A stretch of DNA of 64,000 bases, taken from NCBI GenBank assembly GCA_951406725.2, contig OX597814.1, positions 134,354,001 through 134,418,000 of the forward strand. Direction: 5' to 3'. The DNA is from Octopus vulgaris (taxonomy: Eukaryota). Below, piece by piece: positions 1 through 13,970 of this stretch (position 1 is its first letter; each line of letters starts with the position of its first letter). The translations under genes and the position numbers were made by a program. Under the pieces are notes generated by a model. It was not told the origin of the DNA and searched no databases. It was given only the letters and a program-made list of their open reading frames with translations.

Positions 1-359
1 TTGTTAATACCCATATACCCATTAACCTTCTAGTTATTTATTTTATTTATTTTCTACATTCATTTATTTATCTTTTTACTGTTATCAGTCACTGAACTAA
101 AACTACGCTACACATAGTTGATATTGTGATGAATATATGTTGTAACGAATATATACTGGAGACACTGAACCATTGCAGTGGCATTCAGAATAAATATTTG
201 TCTTTAAAAAACATCACTCATTAAGAGCAGCTGAAAATATATGCTTTGTATGAGTGTCTATTCGGTTAAAAGCTCACTACTCAAAAGCAACCTGACTTTA
301 AAAAGTTAAAGTCATTTCATATTTAAAATAAAGATAGAGTACCGTTTCCTTTTTCGGCT

Positions 360-735
360 GCTGCAGCTGCTGTTGCTGTTGAGCGAGGCGGTCTTCGTCC
401 CAGAGCTCGCAGTGGGAGAAGTCCGAATCGTAGTCCTTTGCTATTCGTAAGACCCGCAGAAGAGAGAAAGCAGGTCGACCCCCGATACCGAGAGCATCGA
501 CGAATGGATGAATGCGCATCCAGGCTCAGCGGTTGCGTAGGAAGTCGGGGACAAGAAACAGGAAGAAAGAGTGAGAGAAAGTTGGGGCGAAAGAGTACAA
601 CAGGGGTCGCCACCACCCCCTGCCGGAACCTCGCGGAGTTTTAGGTGTTTTCGCTCAATAAACACACACAACGCCCGGTCTGGGAATCGAAACCGCGAGT
701 CCGCTACCCTAACCACTGGGCCATTGCGCCTCCAC
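360..735 (-). mobile_element. tRNA-derived SINE (head A + tail X)
   Basis: Minus strand starts GTGGAGGCGCAATGGCCCAGTGGTTAGG (box A) ... GGTTTCGATTCC (box B). Same head as 55991-56366. Ends in CAA/CAG-rich tail. Confidence 0.8.
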
Positions 736-1309
736 TGCTGCTGCTGTTGTTGGGGGGGGGGGGGCTTTTGTTTACGCTAACAGAGAAGATTTATGATCAA
801 GTGCATTCCAGCTGCAACCACCCTATGATGCAATGTGACCTTACTTTAAGATGGCAGGCTGTGATTTGAAGAAGTTTTGGCTAGTATTTCTAACACAGTG
901 TGTGATTACGTAATGGCTTCCCTCAATCTGCTGCATCGTTTTACCTATTTTGTAACGCACTGGGCTGGATCATTTCAGAGTTAAGTGTTTTGATCGTGGA
1001 CGCAGCTCAGAGCTGGTGAATGGCATTATAGAAACCACTGACCTCGTGGTTGATTGCTGCCCTATCCACTGGACTATTTGTGCTTACTCTTCGGTGTACA
1101 AAATTTAATGAATCTAACTTTATGCGTGTATGGATATAGCATTCGTATGGGTATAAGTGAATGAATCAAACAGATTATCTAGAATTAAAGTAAAATGTTT
1201 CTGCTTAAATGAAAGAGTAAAAGCTTCAGTTACGACGGATCCGAGCGACAAGGAATAATCTAATAATATTATTAAATACATCTCTACTGTTATTGATCTT
1301 ATGATTCAT

Positions 1310-1397
1310 ATCTCTCTCTCTCGCTCTACCTCTCACTCTCTCATGCACACACCCATACTCCCTCCCTTTTTTTCTCTCTCTCTCTTTGTCTCTTTCA

Positions 1398-1437
<40 letters not shown>

Positions 1438-1448
1438 CTGTCTGTCTG
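1310..1448. repeat. Compound (CT)n/(TA)n microsatellite
   Basis: Direct reading. Confidence 0.9.
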
Positions 1449-1835
1449 TTCGTTGGTTTATCTATCATTGCATCCTCTGTATCTCTCATATAGCTGATGT
1501 GATGATTAAGCTTAACAAAAACTAGAGCAATTTGGCAGAATTGGTTGAGCGACGATAAAATCTGTCAGTATTTAGTTACGTCCCTTTACATTGAGAGTAT
1601 AAATTACATCGAAGTCTAGTTTGCTAAGTATATTCTTTTCAAATTGTATTCGTTGTATGGGAGACAACTCAGGAACTATTTCGATATCATTGGCCTTTCA
1701 ATAAAAAGAATCCATACCTTTAGTGAAGAATTCTGGTCAGCTTTTGTTGTTGTTACTTAGTTACAGGTCAGCCTTTACTGAGTAGAACTATCATCAAAAG
1801 CAGCGACAGTATCGATCTATCAGGATAGAGTGAAA

Positions 1836-2151
1836 GCGCGCGCTTAGTAATTAGGGTATTCGGCTCAAAATCTTAAGGTCGTGAGTTCGTTTCCCAAGAG
1901 TGCGTCGTGTCCTTGAGCAAGACATTTCATTTCATGTTGCTCCAGTCAATTCAGCTGGCAAAAATGAGTTGTACCTGTAATTCAGAGGAACAGCCTTGTC
2001 ATATTCTAAGTCACGTTGAATCTTCCTGAGAACTACGTTAAGGGTATGCGTATCTGTAGAGTGCTCAGCCACTTGCATGTTAATTTCACGAGCAGGCTGT
2101 TCTGTTGATCGGATCAACTGGAACATACGTCGTCGTAACCGACGGAGTACC
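1836..2151 (+). mobile_element. tRNA-derived SINE (head B + tail Y)
   Basis: Degenerate box A/B (GCTTAGTAATTAGG ... GAGTTCGTTTCC), then GTGTCCTTGAGCAAGACATTTCATTTCA core. 3' half is homologous to 55991-56172. Confidence 0.75.
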
Positions 2152-2589
2152 AGTTATCAAGATAGAATTTTGTGTGAGCAATACAACAGTATGAGCCTTG
2201 CAGTATCTGTTCTAGTCTTTTGCATTCTGGCAGCAACCTCCGTAATGACATTAGTGCCAAGCTATGCAAAGCAGTGACCTTTTCCTTGAACGACATCGGT
2301 GGCGAGGAGAAAGAAGACTTGAATACATGGACAACTGCCAGTCTTCTACACAAAGAAAAAAACTTTGCCCACGCCTGTATATGTAGGTGCAGATATATGG
2401 TCAACCGACGGAGTCCTTTAACCCCCATTAAGTTATAATGGATCGGTCTTTCAACAATTATATAACCCTGAGATTAATGCAATAGCATTCTATTTGTTTA
2501 TATTATAACTAGCAGTATCGCCCGGCGTTGCTCGGGTTTGTTTCGACCCTTTAGAACTGGAAATTTTGAAAAGTAAAAATTTTGCATTA

Positions 2590-3877
2590 CGAGGGACGTT
2601 CAATAAGTAATGCCTCTGACCCACTTGCCGTTGTTTGATCTAGCTGAAATTTTGCACGTGCAATCATTTATATCTCTATAGAGTAAGTGGCAAATTACAG
2701 CACTGAATTAATTGTGGTTTCTGATTTACAGGTGTTTGAACCGAGTCAAGTGTTAAATGGAGCCTGTTGAGTGTCGAGCAGTGATCCGGTTTTTGTATTT
2801 GAAAGGACGCACACCACGGGAGACTTTTGATGAAATGAAAGTAACTTATGGTGATGATGCCCCATCATATGACCTTGTAAAACGCTGGCATCGTGAATTC
2901 AAACATGGTCGGAACTCTGTGGAAACAGCTCCCAGATCTGGTCGCCTCCTTCTGCCATTGATGAGGCATCTGTCCATCAAGTTGAGGCTGCCATTTTGGA
3001 AGATCGACGCATAACTATTCGCCAAATAGCCCATGAGGTCAAGATTAGTACCGGGTCTGTGGAAACTATCATTCATGACCATTTGCATATGCAAAAGGTA
3101 TCTGCCAGATGGATTCCCAGGTTGCTCACGCCTTTCCAGAAGCAAGAACGCGTCGAGTGCTCGAGGGTGAATTTGGAGATGTGCCAAGATGAGTCAAAAT
3201 TTTTCAAAAGACTGATTACACAGGATGAAACCTGGGTCCATCACGATGATCCAGAGACCAAAGCCAAGTCAATGCAGTGGAAGCACCGTGACTCACCCCC
3301 TCCAAAGGAGGCAAGGGTGCAGCCCTCCGCTGGCAAGGTCATGCTCACAGTCTTCTGGGACCAGGACGGAGTAGTGATGACAGATTTCCTGGCAAAGGGT
3401 ACCACAATTGCAGGAGCCTATTATGCTTCACTTTTGAGGAAATTAAGAGAAGTTATCAAAATCAAGAGGCGGGGCAAGATCAGCAAAGGCATCCTCCTCC
3501 TGCAGGACAACGCTCCGGTCCACAACTCGCTTGTCGCCAGATCAGAAGCACAGGCGTATGGCTATGAACTCCTCCCCCATCCCCCTACTTTCCTGACCTT
3601 GCACCCTCTGATTTTCACCTCTTCCCAGTCATGAACTTGTTTTTGAAAGGAAAGCGTTTCCCAGATGATGCAGCCTTGATTTCTGAAGTCGCGTTCAGGT
3701 TGGAGGACCAAGCTGGGGTCTTCTATAAAAACGGTCTCCAGAGCTGCATCAAACAATGGGAGAAATGCGTAATTCTGGGTGGTTCCTATGTAGAAAAAGA
3801 CTAATAACTGTGCCAAGTTTCGTTGCTCTACTGCTATGGGAAGTGGGTCAGGGGCATTACTTATTTAACGCCCCTCG
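2590..3877 (+). mobile_element. Full-length mariner (Tc1/mariner) transposon, 1288 bp
   Basis: ~37-bp TIRs (CGAGGGACGTTCAATAAGTAATGCCTCTGACCCACTT vs right-end reverse complement, 3 mismatches). TA TSD at 2588-2589 and 3878-3879. Confidence 0.95.
2757..3804 (+). pseudogene. Mariner DD34D-type transposase, frameshifted
   Basis: MEPVECRAVIRFL HTH start, WIPRLLT, TQDETWVHH, LLQDNAPVH; PHPP/PDLAPSDFHLF continues in a shifted frame to GGSYVEKD*. At least two frameshifts (~2945, ~3585). Confidence 0.92.
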
Positions 3878-5259
3878 TATGTAGCTTGTTATTTTCTTTA
3901 CGTGAACATCTTTCTGGTTGAAATGCACCGAAAAATGGCGACACAGCAGTCAAAAAATCGTAAAAAATAAGGATTTTCATAGAAAAAAAGCACCTTTTTG
4001 ATGTAAATAATTTTTGGTCTTAACATGGTCTGATTTGAATTTTTTCTTCTACGGAATTTTTTCTTCTATCATACTCTCAATTTTGGTCAACTTGCGCCGC
4101 AGAGTCTCGGAGGAGATAGTGTTAGTTGAAGGCTACCAAACCTGCCATACACAGACAACTTCAGCTTTATATATATAGATGATATATCACTGTATAATTT
4201 TAACGCCATAGTTTCTCTGAAAATAAGTACTAGGGCGGTCAAAACATCAAGAGTACTTCAACGTTAAGGGATTGTTTAACACTTTTACGATTCCAGACTC
4301 AAAAGGATTGCCAAACATACCCACTTCGTTAGACTGTTGAAATCATTGCCATCACTATAAGGTGCCAGTATGACGTCAAAAGGTCCCAGGGTTTGGGTTT
4401 TACTTTGCATGTATATAACCATGAACAGAACAGGAACGTGAATCGAAAGGTATTTGTCATATTTATTGTTGAAATCGATACAAGATGTACTCCAACACTT
4501 GAGCAGAACTGTCTTAAGGTTGAGGTACATAGGGACCCAAAGTTTATCTATGTATGCTGTGACTTGCTGTCAATTAATAAATACCATCGACCCTAATGAG
4601 TTGCTTTGCTCAGGGGCTTATAATACTGTTAAGATTGCCGTGCCTGTAAGGAGTATGGATACTCCCAATTACAAACCGAGCTTTAAATGGTTTATAGACC
4701 TGCTAGAAACAGTAACTCAAATCACCACCAACCCCTATCTTGGATAATGTCCTTATAGATACATTATGTCTGAATGAAAGATATAATGTTACGAGGTTAC
4801 GTTTCGTTTGATTTCTTCAAGTCGCTACGAAGCCAATCCAATAATTCTTCTTTTTAACTGGTTAGCGTTGAATGAGAAAGTAGAAGAAAGGTATGACGTT
4901 CATACGTTCTCCAATTGAATTAGCAAGAAAACTGAAACTTGGCCTTAGATTTTTACTGAAAAATCACTTAGCATTATATATCATTCTTCTATTCTTTTGT
5001 TAGTTTCAGTCATTGGACAGCTGCTGTGTCGTCTGCAAGAGTGCGAGAGTACATTGACCCCATTATTTTGTCTTGTACTTATTTTATTGGTCTCGTAAAA
5101 TAAAAGGCGAAGATTTATACGCTTGGGGTGAGAAGAATCAATGAGATATAGTGAATCGTGTTAGCAACGAAACGCAGTGAATACTCTTGTAAGGGGAGAT
5201 AACTCTGTCAAACAGAAATATATAAAGATATTTGTTTTAGGTTCTGCTCTCGCCATGCT

Positions 5260-5294
<35 letters not shown>
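5260..5294. repeat. (GT)n microsatellite
   Basis: Direct reading. Confidence 0.95.
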
Positions 5295-5297
<3 letters not shown>

Positions 5298-5699
5298 CTT
5301 TTTGCACATGTCTTAGTTTAAGTCTGTTAGAGCTATAGTAATACAACTGTGCTGATAACGCCTATTGAGGCAGAACCGCAGTCTTTTCTTCACTAGTACC
5401 TCAGTTCCGGAGAATTCTTCATTCTTAAGATTATTTCCCCTACTGATTCTGAGTTTATTTACCATCCTCACGAAGCGAAAATAATTTCGATAAATCAAGA
5501 ATTTACCTTGTATGATATTTAATGTACCTTTATTTCGTCCTGAGGTATTTCTCTTGGTTCATTTTTGTTTTAAATACGTGTATGTATGTATGTATATTTA
5601 TACACAGGTACGCGTGCATGTACACATGCGTACAGACAGACATACTTACACACACGCACTAACACACGATATACGCATACACACAAAAATGTAGATGTA

Positions 5700-6628
<929 letters not shown>

Positions 6629-7918
6629 CTGGAGTTAAATATTTAAGGCAACATGACCACCACTAATTCAAAGTATTTCTAATACCGTTAACATTTTTAT
6701 TTGCTACTTCAGTACCTAAGAAGTGTGAATTTATCTGCTCGAAAATCTTCAGCGTTGGAGGATACGAGTATCGTATAAAGTTGAAATATACTGTTTAAAG
6801 CGATGAAGATTAGAGTTGAAAAAGTTTTGAGTAGTACGGTGTGATCGTTATCGTCGCCGTATTTGTACTTGTAGCAGTTAATGTGGAATATTTATAGTTG
6901 AGTAAGATATCCTCTTGTTCCCTGATTTAAATATAGGGCAACTCGTGACCCGAACCAACACTACCATGCATGCAATTCCAAATTTGATCGACATGATGGC
7001 AGATTTCGGCTTAAGACCGAATATCGAGCAGATTGCCGTTGTTTTCTTTAGGTTTATACATATAACATTTCAGAATGGCTTACCTAATAATGATAAAGTT
7101 CAATTGTCTCCGTGTTCGCACAATTGTATGGATTGGATATTTATCATTAGAGTATTAATCTTTCTAACCATAAAAATTACATATATATGTAAGAGAACAG
7201 GTTACATTTTAGTTTTGTTTTTCTTACGTATAAACTAGGTTTGCATTAGAAAATGATACTAAATTCAGGGAAAAAACCGCACTCACATTTAACGTGTCAG
7301 ACATGATGGATAAAATTACATCTACTAAAGTTCAAAAGCTAGACCTTTTCAAATGTCAGTTTTGTAATTACAGTACTTAGGATAAACTGGGAAGAGTTAG
7401 TTGACCAATGAAGAGTTATGTGGTTAATAGCACTGCTCACTAGATTTCTCGTATGTAAGTTCTAAAGTATTTCTAAAAGTCTGTGACAATAATAAAATGG
7501 AAGAATAATAATGAAAATGGTCTAATTTGTTCACATGTACAGCTTTTCGAACGAGGTATATGTTAAAACTATTCTTAAGCCACTGAAGTTCTTGTATTTT
7601 GAAAATTCGGCAATACTGTAGTAAGTGTAGAAAACCAAGACTTTCCAATAACGGAATGTAACTGAACCAATTGATATGTGTAAGTGGGAATATTCATAAT
7701 CATAATTTTAACATTTTAACAGTTTTAACATTTAATAATACCGAGAAAATATACTAATATGTATGCATAGATGCAATTCATACATATAAAATTCAATGTC
7801 ATACTTGTAAAATACGTGGAGCCATCTAAAGGATGACTCCTTCAGAAGGCCGTAATATGAATGTGGTGTCTATAACAACGTAAGTCTATTCTCCGGAACA
7901 GTCACTGGCGAGGCAAAG

Positions 7919-10540
7919 TTAAGAAATGTAAACAGTCTGAGACAATTTTTTCAGGCAATGAACCGATCTGCCAGAACATGTCCTGTAAGGTGAAGAATGC
8001 GTTTGTATAGTTGGTTTTTTTGGTAAGTGGAGGTGATGCTTCTGGGGGTGGGGTGGCAGTATTTTGGGGATGATAGGTGTGTCAGCAAGGGGCATAAATG
8101 TTTCGGAAAAGGCTACTTTTTCCTCTATCGATAGAGACAATCTCTTTTTTTTCCGTGAATGTCCACAGTGAACAGTTTCGGTGTGCTTCTCAGAACGCGA
8201 TAGGGACCAGTGTAGGGAGGTGTGAGCAGTCCCTTGACGGCATCATTTCTTACAAACACGTGAATCCAAGTAGAAATATTCGGAGGTACTGTAGAATAAA
8301 TAGACTGGTCGCGAGGAAGCATTGACCTGAGTTGCGTGACGTAAGATGTAGGATCCGCATTCGGTAAGTCGACGGGCGCCAACATTTGTCCAGGAAGTGC
8401 TTAGGTAGTGCCATACAGGAGCTCAGCGGAGGAGTAGCCTAAATCCTTGACAGCTGAGCGGCACCCCAGCAAAACAATGGGGAGAAACTCGGACCAACGA
8501 TGAGGATCAGGAGCCGCGTGAATAGCGGCTTTAAGCTGGCGGTGGAATCATTCCACCATTCCGTTCGCGGCGGGATGGCAACTTGTGGTGTGGATGTGCT
8601 GAACTCCGAGCAATCTCGAAAGCTCGCGGAACAGTCAAACTTCAAATTGGCGCCCACGATCAGTAATAATCTTAGAGGGTACTCCGAAGCGTGATATCCA
8701 ACCGGAGATGTGTGCTCTAGTGACTGTTTCTGCGGAAATATCCACGAGAGGGGTGGCTTCAGGCCATCTGGAGAAGCGGTCGATGCAGATCAATATATAA
8801 GTAAATCCGCAACTGACCGACCAAGGACCAACCAGGTCGATGTGTATGTGACGGAACCTGGTGTTCGGTGGCTGGAAGTGCCCAAGAGGTGCTCTCGCGT
8901 GACGATGCACCTTGGAACGCTGACATGGTAGACAAGCATGTGACCAAGCAGTAATAGACCGACACATATTCGGTCAGAAAAAGCGAGCCGAGATAAGCTT
9001 TGCTGTGGCCGCAATGCCTGGGTGTGACAGTGGATGCAGTGCTTCAAAAACAGCACGACAGTGATGTTCAGGGACGAGGGGTCGGAGTAACTCGGTAAAA
9101 ACATCGCAGAGAATGGTTCCTTCAGAAAAAGGCAGAAGCAGGTGTTCAAACTTGCAGCAGGAAAACTGTGGTGAAGAGACATCCAAAGAGTTCAAGGAGA
9201 GTTGGTCAGTAGCCATAGCAACCAAATCAATCAAAGCAGGAGATAACAATGCACCAACAGGCAGGTGAGATAAGGCGTCAGTGGGGATTTTGTCAGTGCC
9301 AGTGATGTGGCGAATGTCACTAGTGAACTGTGATATGTAGTCCAAATGCTTTGTTTCTCTGGGCGAGTACTGGTCTGTTTTGGCAAAGAGAGCGAACTTT
9401 AGTGGTTTGTGGTTGGTGAAAATCGTGAAATCTCTACCTTTAAGATGAGAGAAATGCATCACCGCTAGATAAATTGGTAAGAGTTCTTTACCAAACACAC
9501 TGTATCTATATTCAGCATCTTTCAACTGGCGAGAAAAGAAGGTCAATGGCTGGCTTCGGCTGTTGAGAGATTTTTCTAAAACTACGGCAAGAGCGGACGA
9601 TGACGCGTCGATAGTGAGTGATAATTTTGCATCCGCAACAGGATGAGCGAGGAAGGATGCTTGAGCAAGGTCAAATTTGACAGATTCAAAAGCTTAGATG
9701 GCTGTAGGAGACAGCGTTATCGGGGAATCTTTTTTTCGTTGATCTTTCAAGAGCTGGGTCAAGGGAAGAAACTTCTCTGCACAGTTAATGAAACGATGAT
9801 AATAATTAATTAAACCAATAAAATTCCTGCGCTGTTTTAAGGAAACAGGAGGAGACAAGCGTTTGATGGCTTCCACTTTAGAGGGAAGCAGACGAAATCC
9901 GTCGTCGTCAATGAGATGCCCCAAGAATTCCAAATTGGTAGAACCAAATACACACTTAGCGGGTTGATCTTCACATCATAGGAATGTAGGCGCTTGAACA
10001 GTTGGGTTAAATGTTGGTGCTGGTCTGGAGTAACACTGGCGATTAGGTCATCGACGTATGCGAAGACAAAATCTAACCCACGAACAACCTCATCAATGAA
10101 CCTTTGGAACGTGCTGGCCGCATTGCAAAGACCAAACGGCATAGACAAAAATTCAAACTCTCTAAAAGGCGTGGTGACGGCTGTCTTTGGAATGTGGTCG
10201 GGGTTGACATGGATTTGTTGGTGCGCTCGTACCAAGTCGATTTTAGAAAAAAAGCCTTGCATAGCAGACAAAAAATCCTGCACATTGGGTAGGGGATAGC
10301 GATCGACGATAGTGACAGTATTAAGACGTCTAAAATCTCCAACCGGTCGAAAATCAACTTCATTCTTCCTGGCCATGTATAAAGATGTTGCCCACGGGAT
10401 CGTGGAGGGACGAATAAGGCCCAGCTGGAGCATATGCTCGAATTCAGCCCGAGCGATCCGGAGTTTCTCTAGAGACAAACGGTGCGGTTGGGAAAAAAAC
10501 TGGAGGTCCCTTAGTCGTGATGAAATGTCTCGTGGAATGG
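7919..10540 (-). mobile_element. Decayed Ty3/Gypsy pol (RT-RNaseH-integrase); gag and protease missing
   Basis: ARAEFEHMLQLGLIRPS, FSKIDLVRAH, MPFGLCNAASTFQR, AYVDD; RNaseH KELLPIY/FTNHKPL; integrase [42 protein letters not shown]. Many frameshifts. No LTR pair identified. Confidence 0.92.
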
Positions 10541-10694
10541 ATTGGATTCGACGGATGAAATTACAAATCAGTCAACTTCGGAAACGAAACGAGTAACTGG
10601 GGGTAAAAGTCACCCGAAGCAGCCACAAAGAAAGAAGGGCTCACAACAGGAACATAAGAATCCTTTCCGGAAACAGCGAGTGAGATAGTGTCAT

Positions 10695-10810
10695 CAATTA
10701 TGTACATTATTTACATTTGACGGATATTTGCCCTCATCTTGTTTTATGTTAACACAACGTTTCGGCTGATATGCCCTCCAGCCTTTATCAGATGTCTTGG
10801 TGAAATTTGT
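10695..10810 (-). mobile_element. Penelope-like terminal (pLTR) fragment with a mutated minimal hammerhead core
   Basis: Minus strand GACAT-CTGATAA-A-GGCTG-GAGGGCATAT-CAGCC-GAAA-CGTT-GTGTT. Confidence 0.65.
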
Positions 10811-10826
10811 GCCTTTAGTAGAAAAG

Positions 10827-10827
<1 letters not shown>

Positions 10828-10875
<48 letters not shown>
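10828..10875. repeat. (ATT)n microsatellite (SINE tail)
   Basis: Follows GTGCCTTTAGTAGAAAAG, the 3' end of the SINE family seen at 10876. Confidence 0.9.
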
Positions 10876-10876
<1 letters not shown>

Positions 10877-11090
10877 GGCGGCAAACTGGCAGAATTGTTA
10901 GCACGCCGGGTGAAATGCTTAGGGGTATTACGTCCGTCTTTACGTTCTGAGTTCAAACTCTGCCGAGGTTCACTTTTCGGGCTCGATAAAGTAAGTACCA
11001 GTGAAGCACTGGGGTCGATGTAATCGACTAGTCCCCTCCCCCAAAATTTCAGGTCTTATGCCTTTAGTAGAAAGGATTATTATTATTATT
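10876..11090 (+). mobile_element. Abundant tRNA-derived SINE (AGGCGGC...GAGTTCAAA...CTGGGGTCGAT family)
   Basis: TGGCAGAATTGTTAG box A, GAGTTCAAACTC box B, (ATT)n tail. Inverted copy at 18891-19102. Degenerate copies near 1525, 40310-40580, 47570, 54940. Confidence 0.8.
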
Positions 11091-12432
11091 TTATGAAAAC
11101 CATCAGCTTATTTTGCTGAGTATGATGGAAAATGTCAGCAGTCCATAACCAGCAAACTAAGGTGACGCGTGTTTACTGGTCATGCTTCAAGAACCCTGCA
11201 AAGAATTCTTACAGTTCCAAGCAAAGCTGATTTTTGTAGGTGTTCTATCTTTATATGTGTACAAATATTTATGAGCCATGTTGGTAGTTGAGTGCTGATA
11301 CCTCCAAGTGCGCCAATTACTACTGGTATCACGGCTACTCTCCTCGTTGACCTCAGCCTTCGTATTTCCCATTTCAAATCGTCGTAGTTGTTTAGTTTTT
11401 TTCTGCTTTCTCTTTGATCCTGTTGGCACCGAGACATGCTATGCCGATTATCAAGCAAGTTCTTTCTTTTTTATTCACTACAACAATGTCCGGTTTCCGA
11501 TGTCTGGTCAGGTAATTGCACTAAATCATTACATCCTACAGGATTTTGCAATCTTCATTCTCGGTGACTCCTTCTGGTATTTGCTCATACCACGTCTTTG
11601 CTGTGATTTCTACTGAGCTGCCAATGGATCATTCTTGTCAGATTGTCATGTCGTCTTTTGTAATTCCGTTGTGCCAATTTCGGGTATTCGCTAATGAAGT
11701 ACCATACCGTTTCATCCCTCTCACTACACATTCTGCATTTGTCGCTGTCGGTAATGTTGTCAGTTCTGCACTTCACATAGTTAGTTCTTAACGCGTACAC
11801 TTGTGCTGTGCATATAAGTGCTTCTGTCTTTATCTTCAGGTCACTCCTCCTCATCCATAGTCACTGGTCTTCAGTATCTGTCTTGACATTTGTATCTCTT
11901 GCAAACGCCGGACTTCTTCACAAGTTTCAACAATGGTTCCACGATATTTTTTTACATACCACCCTAAGCTGTTTCCCTCTGTTTCGATAGAATTCTGGCA
12001 ACTGATCAAACCTCTCCCATCCTTTCTTCTAGACAAGTACAGCCTGTCGGTGTCACTCTTAGGGTGGATGGCTCCATGCACTGCCAATATTTTTCTTGTC
12101 TTCGTATCCATGTTCATCAGTTCTTTCGTTTGCCATTTTATGATTCCAGCTCCATACTGAAGTGATGCTATCGCCCATGTATTAACCGCTTGTATTTTAT
12201 TCCAACCGGTCAGTTTTGAGCGAAACACCCATCTTAATCTTCGGAAATATTCCCTCCTCAATTGTTCTTTCATTTCCTTCTCCATGATTTCGTTGAACTC
12301 TAGTATACCAAGGTATTTGTAGCCTTTTTCGATTTCTTTAATCAGTTCTCTATTATGTAATTCTATCCCTGCAAGGACTGTACCTTCTCTCTTTTCAGGC
12401 ACATTATACCACACTTCTTAAGTCCGAATTTC

Positions 12433-12435
<3 letters not shown>
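11091..12435 (-). mobile_element. 5'-truncated R4/Dong-type non-LTR retrotransposon (RT C-terminus, CCHC-like knuckle, restriction-like endonuclease)
   Basis: YKYLGILE, NKIQAVNTWA, HPKSDTDRLYLSRRKDGRGL, ALRTNY, KCRMCSERDETV, YKRRHD, VIPVVIGALG, LQKSALLGT. Bounded on both sides by (TAA/TTA)n. Confidence 0.88.
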
Positions 12436-12465
<30 letters not shown>

Positions 12466-13563
12466 AAAATGATAAAGAGGAACATATATTCTTTTAATCC
12501 GTGTGAATACAATATGCTGCAAATAATTAACTCTAGAAATGAACAGTTATTGCCAGTCGTTGTGCGATGCGTAAGTTAAGTCAAATTGTTAAGAGTCCGA
12601 CTAAATCAGTGTTTCGTAACCAAAGAAGTAAATATATCATATTTATTTGTAATACACTATATCTGGTCAGCCTGTTTATGTTAGCAGTTTTATCTATATG
12701 AAGCGATACGGAGTTTTTATATTTTCTTGAAGCATCTGGAGGATTTCCCATATTGTCAAAGATATTCGTCGTTATGAGATAAAATAATCTTAAATACTTA
12801 GGTTTTTCTTCTACAATCAAATGTCATCGGATGAAATAATCGAAGATTATATAACAGATTTCTCGAAAAGTGGTAAGAGGTGAGTTGCATCGATGTGGAT
12901 CCGTGAGATCTGATCGAAGAAATTCGTTAAATGAAAACGTTCATGATCGCTTAGATCTGTGCTTCCCATCCTTGGAACAATGGCAAACTTCAGTGGGTTC
13001 ACAGAAAATTCGGGAATTAGATGGAGTCATAGGCTCGGTGAAGGAGGCCATATAACTACCATTCTGTTTCTTCCTTAAATTTTCTGATATTGTCCGTAAT
13101 TCTTTAAAAATTTATACACAAAAGCCCACTTACACACATACATACAATGCATTTTCTATGTTTTAAGTTCCGGTATGACAGAAAAAAGGATTCATTTGAT
13201 AAGTTCGAAAATAACTTATCATTCATGAATAAAGTGTCAAGTTGACATTGGAAAGTCTGGTATGAATTAAATATCATATTACTGCCTTGAAGTTCAAACA
13301 TCCGGTGACAATCTCTCAGGGTAATAGCTTGCATCGCTTCATTGAACTTTGAGACAATGTAATGTTTCTGAATGATAAGCAACCAAATGTAATATATTCA
13401 AACTTGCATATATTTTTGAGAAGCTAAATTTGTTGAACAAACAGCTAAAAAGTAAAACTACAATTTTTTAGTTTCCAAAACGGTTAAATTTTTTTCTTTT
13501 TCTTTCTTTTTTTTTTTTGATCTTCGTGGTTTTCGTCACTGTTTACAAATCTTTAAAAACTTT

Positions 13564-13970
13564 GGATCTTTTCGGTTTGACCGGCAGTTTTTTTAAATAA
13601 TGTCCACGTAACTAAACACTTTTAAACTTCGTATACTGGTAGAATGTGTTAATAAAACATCTTTTTCTTTTGGCTTTATTGAGAAAATTCTATGGTTTGT
13701 AAGATATTTGTTGTTTTTCTTCAATTTCTGCAATTTCAACCAATCAATGACGTCTATTGAGGTGAAAACATTATGTGCCGTATGAATATGTCCCTCGTTT
13801 AAGAAACAGATTGGGTTTATTTACATTTCAGAAGAAAAAAAGTTACCCTTCCCCCCACCCCTAACCCTAAAAGAGATTGAAATGCAATAGATCGATACTA
13901 GGGTCATAATTATGGGTGACAATTTCATATGACGCCGCTAGAAAAACTGCCGTTCAAACCGAAAAGATCC
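13564..13970 (+). mobile_element. GG-terminated MITE (Merlin- or MULE-like), copy 1
   Basis: TIR GGATCTTTTCGGTTTGAMCGGCAGTTTT. TSD AAAACTTT/CAAACTTT. Internal CCCTAACCCTAA. Confidence 0.85.

Larger units (their letters stand above)
2509..4179 (-). mobile_element. Non-autonomous Helitron (~380 bp) interrupted by a mariner
   Basis: Minus strand reads A|TCTATATATATAAAGCTGAAGTTG ... CCCGAGCAACGCCGGG hairpin-CGATACTGCTAG|T. No TSD. Termini match the copy at 38102-38396. Confidence 0.85.

Noticed and set aside
680-735. tRNA-like sequences here and at 56290-56366, 10876, 28482
   Set aside because: These are SINE heads: no complete cloverleaf or acceptor stem, and each is followed by a SINE body.
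7640-7900. 3' LTR of the 7.9-10.5 kb Gypsy
   Set aside because: No matching repeat at the other end, and no clear PPT, TG...CA or TSD.
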